A stretch of 20,000 nucleotides of DNA, taken from positions 53,742 through 73,741 of the IMG/VR virus record IMGVR_UViG_3300012347_000477; one strand, 5' to 3'. The DNA comes from an uncultured virus (IMG/VR IMGVR_UViG_3300012347_000477) (taxonomy: Duplodnaviria; Heunggongvirae; Uroviricota; Caudoviricetes). Under the pieces are notes generated by a model. It was not told the origin of the DNA. It did not search any database and saw nothing but the letters and a program-made list of their open reading frames with translations. How positions within the stretch are numbered: the stretch's first letter is position 1; each line of letters starts with the position of its first letter. The position numbers and the translations under genes were made by a program. Below are positions 1-7,706 of this stretch, piece by piece.

Positions 1-1
1 T

Positions 2-193
2 ATAGATTGGGTTAACTCACAGTCATCACTTGTTAAACTTGCAAATAGTGCAAAACGGACTATCTTATGTAGAAAGTACCATACTAGTGCATATACGATG
101 TATACTAGTTCTGAGCACTTAATAACATTAATGCAAATTAAATATGGAAATATAATATCCGAGGTATACACATACGCTCTTGTTGATAAATAA
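2..193 (+). CDS. 3' end of a hypothetical phage protein (5'-truncated by window edge)
   Basis: Frame 2 is open from the window start to TAA at 191-193 (IDWVNSQ...YALVDK*). Not in the ORF track because it has no start codon. Confidence 0.6.
   Translation: MDWVNSQSSLVKLANSAKRTILCRKYHTSAYTMYTSSEHLITLMQIKYGNIISEVYTYALVDK
185..192 (+). promoter_or_regulatory. T4-like late promoter box (GATAAATA)
   Basis: 7/8 match to the T4 late consensus TATAAATA, 4 nt before ATG 197; the same motif recurs before several other genes. Confidence 0.6.
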
Positions 194-196
194 TAG

Positions 197-562
197 ATGT
201 CCATAGAAAGCACTATTATTTTAAATTCAGTCGGCGATCAGTCGACTGAATTCACAGCCTTCACCTTTACTTCAAAATTTAAAGGTGCGGGCTATCATCG
301 TTTGCATAGTGGAGTACACACTATGCAATTTGACTTAGATCAATTCGAAGGTCAAATTAAAGTACAAGCTACTTTATTGCTGTATCCGGGAGAAACAGAT
401 TGGATTGATGTTGAATACCAATCAGGATCGCAAATTGAAGCAACCGACAGCACTCCGTTAACTTCGTCATTTTTTAGAACTATCCTCGGTAATTGGGTGT
501 GGATTAGAGTGGGATATATCCTAGAACAAGGATCTATTACACAAGTTAGGTATACTGTCTAA
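197..562 (+). CDS. hypothetical late protein (beta-rich, possibly virion-associated)
   Basis: 121-aa ORF directly after a late box; no recognised catalytic motif. Confidence 0.75.
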   Translation: MSIESTIILNSVGDQSTEFTAFTFTSKFKGAGYHRLHSGVHTMQFDLDQFEGQIKVQATLLLYPGETDWIDVEYQSGSQIEATDSTPLTSSFFRTILGNWVWIRVGYILEQGSITQVRYTV

Positions 563-572
563 TTAACATTTT

Positions 573-580
573 GATAAATA
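573..580 (+). promoter_or_regulatory. T4-like late promoter box (GATAAATA)
   Basis: Intergenic ATAAATA upstream of ORF 594. Confidence 0.6.
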
Positions 581-593
581 TAGTATACTTTAA

Positions 594-1082
594 ATGGAAC
601 ATACTATGACCTTAAACCCTGACATTTATACAATTGGCGATATCTTTAGTATAAGCTTGAATGAAGATTTCGAAATTAATACAACTATCATTGATATTGT
701 TGATGATGGAATAGTAATTGCGCTCGACGGTCCAGCAATGTCGTATTTAATCAGTGAAAGTTGGTCGTTTACTCCTTGCACGCATATTGTCGAGTCAAGT
801 AACAGTCGAAAAGGGTATACTTCTAGCAGTGTGCAACTCGACGAAGCCATGTACAAAGGGCGCAAAGTGCAGCTCGGAAAACCAATGGCAGGCGATGTTA
901 AAAAGTCTAAGGTATATGTTAAGAACGACAAAGGCAATGTCGTAAAGGTAAATTTCGGCGATAAAAAAATGCGCATTAAGAAGTCAATTCCTGCTCGAAG
1001 AAAATCATTCCGAGCAAGACATAATTGCGCAAATCCTGGACCTAGATGGAAAGCCCGATATTGGTCATGCCGAGCTTGGTAA
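594..1082 (+). CDS. hypothetical protein with acidic N-half and basic C-terminal domain (candidate internal head protein)
   Basis: The C-terminal domain after LDE|A is K/R-rich (VKVNFGD...RRKSFRARHNC...ARYWSC), a type I recognise from large phages. The start may be ATG 606 (GGA upstream). Confidence 0.75.
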   Translation: MEHTMTLNPDIYTIGDIFSISLNEDFEINTTIIDIVDDGIVIALDGPAMSYLISESWSFTPCTHIVESSNSRKGYTSSSVQLDEAMYKGRKVQLGKPMAGDVKKSKVYVKNDKGNVVKVNFGDKKMRIKKSIPARRKSFRARHNCANPGPRWKARYWSCRAW

Positions 1083-1088
1083 AATAAT

Positions 1089-1679
1089 ATGAATAGTACA
1101 CAACCACTTGCATCATTTAGCGTTCTAGGATCAGCTAGAGAAGAAGATCAAAACATCGATTGGGGTGATGATTTAAAATTTTTCATCGATAATACTGACG
1201 CATTACTGCATCGATTTGTCTTTCCGGCAACTCGCAAACATAAAGAGCGATTAGACGACGAAGATGCTTATAAAATTTACATCCGACCTGTTACACGCAG
1301 TATTTCGATTTACTGCGGACGATTTGACATCGACGATCCGGAAATTAAGTTTCCTCCTGAAGTTATCGAAGGAGTAGCTAGAAGAATTGCAGATGAACAA
1401 AAAGCATATATAGAAAGAGGCGATTACGAAAGTAAAAGAAAATTAGCTACTTTTGAAAGTATGAGCGAATCTATTGTTAACTTAGTATTGAAAGAAGACA
1501 CACAAATGGGAAATACCACATTAGGTAGTGCAAAGCCACGAAATTTTGTAGCAAAAAATGCAAAAATGAGTGGAGCTGGAGCACATACTGATAAGAAAAA
1601 AGCACAAAAGCAAGGTAACTTAAAACATAAGAAACCAGTAGTTGAATCATACTTTTCATTTATGAAGTACAAAGCATGA
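1089..1679 (+). CDS. hypothetical protein (acidic N-domain plus basic C-terminal KPRNFVAK...GAGAHTDKKK segment)
   Basis: 196-aa ORF; ATGA overlap with the next gene. Confidence 0.75.
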   Translation: MNSTQPLASFSVLGSAREEDQNIDWGDDLKFFIDNTDALLHRFVFPATRKHKERLDDEDAYKIYIRPVTRSISIYCGRFDIDDPEIKFPPEVIEGVARRIADEQKAYIERGDYESKRKLATFESMSESIVNLVLKEDTQMGNTTLGSAKPRNFVAKNAKMSGAGAHTDKKKAQKQGNLKHKKPVVESYFSFMKYKA

Positions 1680-1891
1680 AGCAATTTTATATTACTAGTG
1701 AAAACATTTCAGCAATTACTGCAGACCCTACTGATTGTTACTTATCGCCAACTGACCCAGTTCACGAATTAAAAATTGCACAATACATGGGCGGACTAGG
1801 TAGTACTGCAAAGCTTGAAGAGTATCGAATAAAAACTACCATTGATACGATTAAACGGATTCAGCATTCTACAAAATTGGATAATAAATAA
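1676..1891 (+). CDS. hypothetical protein
   Basis: 71-aa ORF translationally coupled by ATGA overlap. Confidence 0.65.
   Translation: MKQFYITSENISAITADPTDCYLSPTDPVHELKIAQYMGGLGSTAKLEEYRIKTTIDTIKRIQHSTKLDNK
1883..1890 (+). promoter_or_regulatory. T4-like late promoter box (AATAAATA)
   Basis: ATAAATA 5 nt before ATG 1896. Confidence 0.55.
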
Positions 1892-1895
1892 TACT

Positions 1896-2156
1896 ATGAA
1901 ACTTAGAGAATTATTTAGCGAAGATGCAACAGCTGGATCAACATCTGCAGGAGCAATTGCATCAGTTGTCAATCCAAACATTGCTATCGGAAACGACAGG
2001 CGGAATAAAAGCTATACAGGTAGTCCTGGTAAATCGGGCACTAAAGCACCGAAAGTACCAACTGTAACTCAACCAAAAAACAAAAACGGAACTGCTAAAA
2101 ACGCATTAGACATAAAAGGTACTAGTCTGTTTGGTGGTTCTACTTTAAAAAGATAA
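1896..2156 (+). CDS. small Gly/Ala/Lys-rich late protein (candidate internal head protein)
   Basis: Start re-called to ATG 1896 (MKLRELFSE|DATAGSTSAGAIA), which removes the overlap with the upstream gene and follows the late box. Confidence 0.75.
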   Translation: MKLRELFSEDATAGSTSAGAIASVVNPNIAIGNDRRNKSYTGSPGKSGTKAPKVPTVTQPKNKNGTAKNALDIKGTSLFGGSTLKR

Positions 2157-2159
2157 ATA
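2152..2159 (+). promoter_or_regulatory. T4-like late promoter box (GATAAATA)
   Basis: Overlaps the upstream stop codon; 4 nt before ATG 2164. Confidence 0.6.
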
Positions 2160-2163
2160 TATC

Positions 2164-2472
2164 ATGGACTTAATGAAACCCCCAGTAGATGATCATGAAG
2201 CAAAGATGGCAAAGGCTGATTTATACAAATTAGCCGAATATTCTATTAAGCTTTTTAAAATGATTGAAGATGACGACGAACTGCAAGGTTGGGTACAAGC
2301 AAAAATTACTAAGGCTTCCGACTATATTTCGAGTGTGTATCATTATTTAGAATACGAGCAGCTTGCTAGTACTAAAATTGAAAGTGGGCCGCGTACATAC
2401 GAAGAACAGGTTCAATCTAATGTATCAGCTGCTCTTACCGAGCAATGGAACCAACAAAAACAAGGAAACTAA
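2164..2472 (+). CDS. hypothetical phage protein (helical WVQAKITKASDY domain)
   Basis: 102-aa ORF with a late box upstream. Confidence 0.75.
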   Translation: MDLMKPPVDDHEAKMAKADLYKLAEYSIKLFKMIEDDDELQGWVQAKITKASDYISSVYHYLEYEQLASTKIESGPRTYEEQVQSNVSAALTEQWNQQKQGN

Positions 2473-2473
2473 C

Positions 2474-3229
2474 ATGGATTTTAAATCACTTATCCAAAAA
2501 ATCGAAAGTCTTGATGACGCTATTGTAACTCCACAGGCGCCGACTTTACCTAAATCAGTACAATTATCAGAAGGTGCACAACTTCGTGTTCTTGCTGGGC
2601 AAACTACTATTCTTGCAGAAGCTAAGACAGCAAAACAAGCTGCCGCTAAAAAAGAAGTTGCTAAAAAAGAAGTTGCTAAAAAAGAAGTTGCTAAAAAAGC
2701 AGTTGCTAAAAAAGAAGCCAACGAAAAAGCTAAAGACAAGCCAGTAGGTAAAAAATCTACAACAACCGAAGCATACGCAGTTGACTCGTTTACTTCTAGA
2801 TTTATGCAAATGGTAGAAGCTAGAAAAACTAAAAAGAAAAAACCAGATGCTGACGGTGACGGAGTACCTGATTGGGCAGACTCCGACAGTAACTCTTCTT
2901 CTAAGAAAAAATCTACTGCTAAGAAAAAATCAACAGGCCCTGCTAAAAAACAGCTAACTCCTAAACAAGAGAAATTCTTTGGTAAGAAAAAGACTGTTAA
3001 AGAAAGCTACGAACCAAAATTAACATTTAGAGATATGGTTAGATTTGTTCAAGAAAGTGGCGGACAACAACAAATTGATCCAGTTGATCAAGAACTATGG
3101 CAATGGGCACAGCGTGTTGCTGTACAAAAATTTGTCGAAGGTGCTAAAGCAGAAATGTATGCAGGTCTTGTATACGAACGCATGGGCGGTGTATTCGAAA
3201 TGTATGATGTGTTGTCAGAGTCAAATTAA
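2474..3229 (+). CDS. Lys/Ala-rich protein with histone-H1-like repeats and a DxDxDG motif (candidate internal head/DNA-condensing protein)
   Basis: Start re-called to ATG 2474 (SD AAGGA at 2462-2466); five AKKEV-type repeats, poly-Lys tracts, DADGDGVPD. Confidence 0.75.
   Translation: MDFKSLIQKIESLDDAIVTPQAPTLPKSVQLSEGAQLRVLAGQTTILAEAKTAKQAAAKKEVAKKEVAKKEVAKKAVAKKEANEKAKDKPVGKKSTTTEAYAVDSFTSRFMQMVEARKTKKKKPDADGDGVPDWADSDSNSSSKKKSTAKKKSTGPAKKQLTPKQEKFFGKKKTVKESYEPKLTFRDMVRFVQESGGQQQIDPVDQELWQWAQRVAVQKFVEGAKAEMYAGLVYERMGGVFEMYDVLSESN
2645..2719 (+). repeat. in-frame 15-bp tandem repeat, 5 copies (GCTAAAAAAGAAGTT)
   Basis: Three exact and two near-exact copies encoding AKKEV/AKKEV/AKKEV/AKKAV/AKKEA. 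Confidence 0.95.
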
Positions 3230-3269
3230 TTATTAAGAACAAATAATTAATATTACTTTGCAGTATACT

Positions 3270-3297
3270 AGCCAGTTTCAATTGACTGGCTTTTTTT
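3270..3297 (+). terminator. Rho-independent terminator
   Basis: AGCCAGT-ttcaattg-ACTGGCT followed by a T-run. Confidence 0.85.
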
Positions 3298-3310
3298 ATG
3301 ACTGTATAAT
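3282..3310 (+). promoter_or_regulatory. sigma70-type early promoter
   Basis: TTGACT-N17-TATAAT; SD AAGGAG before ATG 3332. Confidence 0.85.
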
Positions 3311-3331
3311 ATAGTTTTACAAGGAGTTTTT

Positions 3332-3598
3332 ATGACAAAGATGTATGGCCCAGAAGAACGTGCAAAGTTAGAACGATTAATTAATGAAGGATCTAACGTC
3401 CTTCGTGAAATTGAAGATTTACGAGTGGGCTTAAAAGAGACCATTAATGCAGTAGCAGAAGAATTAGAAGTTAAACCAAGTATTATTAAAAAAGCAATTA
3501 CTATTGCTCATAAAGATAACTGGAAATCACATGAAGACGAGTGGAATGAAGTAGAAATGATTCTCGGAGTAACAAAAAACTTACCTGATGCCGATTAA
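3332..3598 (+). CDS. T4 DsbA-like (GapR-related) dsDNA-binding protein
   Basis: 88-aa helical protein; EELEVKPSIIKKAITIAHKDN...EDEWNEVE aligns by eye with the C-half of T4 DsbA; located in the replication module. Confidence 0.65.
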   Translation: MTKMYGPEERAKLERLINEGSNVLREIEDLRVGLKETINAVAEELEVKPSIIKKAITIAHKDNWKSHEDEWNEVEMILGVTKNLPDAD

Positions 3599-3604
3599 CT
3601 TATT

Positions 3605-3781
3605 ATGGATAAAGAAATATTATTGGCAATTTTATTAAATTATTATGAATACATCAAACACGGAGATGCCGAGCATCAAGCGTGGTTATACAATGCTACC
3701 TTAGAATTCCATAAAAAAATTGATCTAACACAATATAATTTAAATTCAAGTATTAACACGCATGTTGATAAACTTGTATAA
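3605..3781 (+). CDS. small hypothetical protein (58 aa, below the ORF-track cutoff)
   Basis: Manual translation MDKEILLAILLNYYEYIKHGDAEHQAWLYNATLEFHKK...VDKLV*; fills the gap between the dsbA-like gene and pol. Confidence 0.55.
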   Translation: MDKEILLAILLNYYEYIKHGDAEHQAWLYNATLEFHKKIDLTQYNLNSSINTHVDKLV

Positions 3782-3782
3782 T
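3753..3782 (+). promoter_or_regulatory. possible sigma70 promoter for DNA polymerase
   Basis: TTAACA-N18-TATAAT. Confidence 0.45.
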
Positions 3783-3792
3783 TAAGTATAGT

Positions 3793-3866
3793 AATTGCAT
3801 TGCGTAATACAGAAACACACAATGCAATTTTTGATGGTATGTGTAAGCCGTAAGTTGCACGAAGGA
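3793..3866 (+). promoter_or_regulatory. structured 5' leader of polymerase gene (hairpin plus putative H-type pseudoknot abutting SD)
   Basis: AATTGCATTG/CAATGCAATT stem (3793-3829); ATGGT/GCCGT and GTGTAA/TTGCAC pairings (3834-3860); SD GAAGGA at 3861-3866. Confidence 0.5.
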
Positions 3867-3873
3867 AAAATCA

Positions 3874-6540
3874 ATGAGTTATGTAGACGCGTTTTATGAT
3901 AAATCTCAAGACATTATTAATGTCGTTGAACGAGATAGCAAAGGTATTAGGCACTTTAAAGAATACCAAGCACGCCATGTGTTTTATTACAAAGACCCAA
4001 AGGGTAAATTTCTATCAATGAAAGGAGAGCCGTTAAGTCGAGTTACTAGTAAAAATTTAAAAGAGCATCGTAAAGAAACATCTCTTTATTCTGGTAAACG
4101 ATTATTCGAAAGTGACATAAATCCAATTTATAGATGTTTAGAAGACAACTATCTCAATGCTGATGCACCTAAGTTAAATGTAGCATTTTTCGACATTGAG
4201 GTAGATTTTGATCCTGAAAGAGGATATGCTGCCCCAGACGATGCGTTTATGCCAATTACTGCTATTGCGATTCAATTACAATGGCTAGACACATTAGTAT
4301 GCTTAGCTATCCCTCCAAAAACGTTATCAATGGCAGAAGCAACTCGACAAGTTGAAGATTTTCCAAATACAATGTTATTTGATAATGAAGCAGATATGCT
4401 TGATACATTTTTAGATCTTATTCAAGATGCAGATGTTATTAGTGGATGGAACAGTGAGGGTTTTGATATTCCGTATACTGTTAATCGAGTAACTAAAGTA
4501 TTAAGCAAGGAAGATACTAGACGATTTTGCTTATGGGATCAATATCCGAAACGTCGTGAGTATGAAAAATACGGCAAGGCTGCTGTAACTTACGACCTTG
4601 TTGGTCGAGTCCATTTAGATAGTCTTGAATTATATCGCAAGTATACATACGAAGAACGACACACATACCGATTAGATGCAATCGGCGAGATGGAAGTCGG
4701 CGAAACTAAAACTGTGTATGAAGGAACTTTAGATCAACTGTATAACAATGATTTTAAAAAGTTTATTGAATATAACAGACAAGATACTGCGTTGTTAGAT
4801 AAAATGGATAAGAAGTTAAAATTCTTAGATTTAGCTAATTCGATTGCTCATGAAAATACAGTATTACTACAAACAACAATGGGTGCAGTAGCAGTAACTG
4901 AACAAGCAATTATTAACGAAGCACATCGTCGAGGCATGATTGTGCCGAATCGTATTAGTAGAGAACCAGGATCCGAACCAGCAGCAGGTGCATATGTTGC
5001 ATATCCGAAAAAAGGCATTCATGAATGGATCGGATCGCTTGACATTAACTCATTGTACCCGTCTGCGATTCGTGCATTAAACATGGGGCCAGAGACAATT
5101 ATTGGGCAACTTCGTCAGGATGGTACTAAAGCATTTATCGAAGCTGAAATGGCTCGAGGTCGTAGCTTTGCTGGAGCATGGGAAGGCATGTTTGGTAGCT
5201 TAGAATATGAAGCTGTCATGAAGCGCGAAGTAGGTAGGGAAGTTATTATCGACTGGGAAAATGGCGGAAGTGACACTTTATCAGCAGCACAAACACACGA
5301 TTTAATTTTTGAGTCTAATCAGCCATGGATGATTTCTGCTAATGGCACTATTTTTACTTATGAAATCGAAGGAATTATTCCAGGATTATTAAAAAGATGG
5401 TATGCCGAGCGGCAAGAAATGCAGGCTAAAAAGACAGAAGCAGCCAATGCCGGTAATAAAATTGAAGAAGAATATTGGGATAAACGACAGTTAGTTAAGA
5501 AAATTAACTTAAACAGTTTATACGGTGCTATTCTAAATCCGGGCTGTAGGTTTTTTGATAACAGAATTGGTCAAAGTACTACCCTCACAGGCAGACAAAT
5601 TGCAAAATATATGGCCGCTAAAGTTAATGAGATTATTACCGGCGAAAATGATCATACTGGTAAAGCAATTATTTACGGTGACACTGACTCATGTTATTTC
5701 TCTGCATATACAACTCTTAAAAAGGATATCGACAAGGGTCTTATTCCGTGGACTAAAGAATCAGTTATCGAATTGTATGATACTATTGGCAGCTCAGTTA
5801 ATGATACTTTTCCTAAATTTATGATGGAGGCATTTCATTGTCCAAAATCAAGAGGTAGTGTTATTGTTGCTGGTCGAGAAATTGTTGCAATTAAAGGACT
5901 GTTCATCACTAAGAAACGGTATGCTGTGTTGTATTACGATAAAGACGGAAAACGATCTGATGTAGGTGGCAAACCTGGAAAAATTAAAGCAATGGGATTA
6001 GATTTAAAACGATCAGATACCCCAGTTGTTATTCAAGATTTTTTAAGCGAAGTATTAACACAGGTACTTAACGGTGCGCAAAAAGAAGAAGTGTTATCGT
6101 ATATTGCAAATTTTAGAACAGAGTTTCAAACTCGACCAGGTTGGGAGAAAGGCTCACCTAAACGTGCAAATAACATAACTGCGTATCAGACCAAGGAAAA
6201 GACCCAAGGCAAAGCAAACATGCCCGGGCATGTACGAGCCAGCTTAAATTGGAATACTTTAAAACGTATGTACAATGATAAGTACTCTATGAATATTACT
6301 GATGGCGGTAAAGTTATTGTATGCAAATTAAAAGAAAACCCAATTGGGTTTACTAGTGTTGCATATCCAGTAGACGAGCTTCGATTACCTCAATGGTTTA
6401 AAGATTTGCCGTTTGCTGATGGAGAGATGGAAACAGCAGTGATCGACGAAAAGCTATCAAACTTAATTGGTGTATTAGATTGGGATCTAACATCAACACG
6501 GAACGATACTACGTTCGCTAGTTTGTTCGATATCGAATAA
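3874..6540 (+). CDS. polB: family B DNA polymerase (T4 gp43-like)
   Basis: Exo I FFDIE, Exo II GWNSEGFDIPY, Exo III YNRQD, motif A DINSLYPS, motif B KKINLNSLYG, motif C YGDTDS, KKRY; C-terminal FASLF clamp-binding-like tail. Confidence 0.97.
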   Translation: MSYVDAFYDKSQDIINVVERDSKGIRHFKEYQARHVFYYKDPKGKFLSMKGEPLSRVTSKNLKEHRKETSLYSGKRLFESDINPIYRCLEDNYLNADAPKLNVAFFDIEVDFDPERGYAAPDDAFMPITAIAIQLQWLDTLVCLAIPPKTLSMAEATRQVEDFPNTMLFDNEADMLDTFLDLIQDADVISGWNSEGFDIPYTVNRVTKVLSKEDTRRFCLWDQYPKRREYEKYGKAAVTYDLVGRVHLDSLELYRKYTYEERHTYRLDAIGEMEVGETKTVYEGTLDQLYNNDFKKFIEYNRQDTALLDKMDKKLKFLDLANSIAHENTVLLQTTMGAVAVTEQAIINEAHRRGMIVPNRISREPGSEPAAGAYVAYPKKGIHEWIGSLDINSLYPSAIRALNMGPETIIGQLRQDGTKAFIEAEMARGRSFAGAWEGMFGSLEYEAVMKREVGREVIIDWENGGSDTLSAAQTHDLIFESNQPWMISANGTIFTYEIEGIIPGLLKRWYAERQEMQAKKTEAANAGNKIEEEYWDKRQLVKKINLNSLYGAILNPGCRFFDNRIGQSTTLTGRQIAKYMAAKVNEIITGENDHTGKAIIYGDTDSCYFSAYTTLKKDIDKGLIPWTKESVIELYDTIGSSVNDTFPKFMMEAFHCPKSRGSVIVAGREIVAIKGLFITKKRYAVLYYDKDGKRSDVGGKPGKIKAMGLDLKRSDTPVVIQDFLSEVLTQVLNGAQKEEVLSYIANFRTEFQTRPGWEKGSPKRANNITAYQTKEKTQGKANMPGHVRASLNWNTLKRMYNDKYSMNITDGGKVIVCKLKENPIGFTSVAYPVDELRLPQWFKDLPFADGEMETAVIDEKLSNLIGVLDWDLTSTRNDTTFASLFDIE

Positions 6541-6549
6541 AATTAAATG

Positions 6550-6585
6550 AAAATGATAGATAGACTATTGACTTTCTATCATTTT
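6550..6585 (+). terminator. 11-bp inverted repeat (terminator or operator) enclosing the -35 box
   Basis: AAAATGATAGA (6550-6560) pairs with TCTATCATTTT (6575-6585). Confidence 0.55.
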
Positions 6586-6596
6586 ATTAGTATAAT
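6568..6596 (+). promoter_or_regulatory. sigma70-type early promoter
   Basis: TTGACT-N17-TATAAT; SD AAGGA before ATG 6623. Confidence 0.85.
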
Positions 6597-6622
6597 ATAT
6601 TATAATTTACAAAGGAAATCAA

Positions 6623-7360
6623 ATGAAAAATATTTTACAAGACGTTGTTAGCCACACACAAAACTTGGGTTTTTTAACAATTGTTAAAGTTACAGGCACA
6701 GCTGAAAAAACAGTAATCAATTCAATGGCAGACGATCGTTCTGTTATTATGGATGCTGAAACTAAAGCACCGTATCCAGAAATGATCGGTGTATTTGGTA
6801 TGCCCCAACTTAATAAGCTTAAATTCTTATTAGAAGGTAACGAGTATAAAGAAGATGCAAAGATTTCAATTGTATCTGCTGTACGTAACGACGAAACTAT
6901 TCCAGTTGGCATTCATTTTGAAAATAAACACGGAGACTTTAAAAACGACTATCGCTTTATGAACACCGAAATCATTAATGAAAAAATGAAAACATTAAAG
7001 TTTCGAGGTGTAAGATGGGACGTCGAAGTTGAGCCAACAGTTGCTGCCGTACAGCGATTTAACTTTCAAGCAGGTGCAAATAGTGAGCACCCTACGTTTT
7101 TAGCTAAAACAGACGGTGATAAATTAAAATTCATTTTTGGCGATGTTAGCACTCACGGCGGCGAATTTATTTTTGCAACAGATGTCACTGGCAAGCTTGA
7201 TAAAGGATGGACATGGCCTGTTAGCTCTATTTTAGCAATTCTTAAAATTGCAGATGTCAATAACACTAAGATGTCGTTAAGCAACGAAGGCGCCATCAAG
7301 ATCACCCTCGATAGCGGTATTGCTACTTACAATTACATTATTCCAGCTCAAGCAAACTAA
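6623..7360 (+). CDS. probable DNA polymerase sliding clamp (gp45/PCNA-like)
   Basis: 245 aa, directly after pol; two-domain alpha/beta pattern ending in clamp-like strands (GAIKITLDSGIATYNYIIPA). Inferred from size, context and pattern. Confidence 0.6.
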   Translation: MKNILQDVVSHTQNLGFLTIVKVTGTAEKTVINSMADDRSVIMDAETKAPYPEMIGVFGMPQLNKLKFLLEGNEYKEDAKISIVSAVRNDETIPVGIHFENKHGDFKNDYRFMNTEIINEKMKTLKFRGVRWDVEVEPTVAAVQRFNFQAGANSEHPTFLAKTDGDKLKFIFGDVSTHGGEFIFATDVTGKLDKGWTWPVSSILAILKIADVNNTKMSLSNEGAIKITLDSGIATYNYIIPAQAN

Positions 7361-7364
7361 TACA

Positions 7365-7706
7365 ATGAATCAGTTTTTATATACATCTCGATATAATCCC
7401 AATCTCTATTCGTCGTCTAACAATCCAGCGATCGGGCAAGTACAGTTTGTAAATAACATGTTATGCGTGTATGATGGTTACAACTGGCAATCTATGCCTC
7501 AGTTTATAACTGAAGTTCACATGTCGTCAACGGCCGACGATGCTATCAACTGGGCATACAAAAAAATGCTCGAAGAGCAACAACTTGCCGAACTTGCTAA
7601 ATCAAATCACGCAGTACATAATGCATTGTTAGCACTAAACGATGCCAAGTCAAAATTAAATGTTATAGTAGCATTATCAAAGGATACTAATGAAGTCGTC
7701 AGTTAA
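7365..7706 (+). CDS. hypothetical protein
   Basis: Start re-called to ATG 7365, just after the clamp stop; short beta region (VYDGYNW) plus a C-terminal helix. Confidence 0.65.
   Translation: MNQFLYTSRYNPNLYSSSNNPAIGQVQFVNNMLCVYDGYNWQSMPQFITEVHMSSTADDAINWAYKKMLEEQQLAELAKSNHAVHNALLALNDAKSKLNVIVALSKDTNEVVS

Noticed and set aside
2645..2719. CRISPR-like array
   Set aside because: The 15-bp units are directly adjacent with no spacers and are in frame within a CDS.
3874..6540. Intein or intron in the DNA polymerase
   Set aside because: Length (888 aa) and motif order are normal; no splice-junction or homing endonuclease motifs seen.
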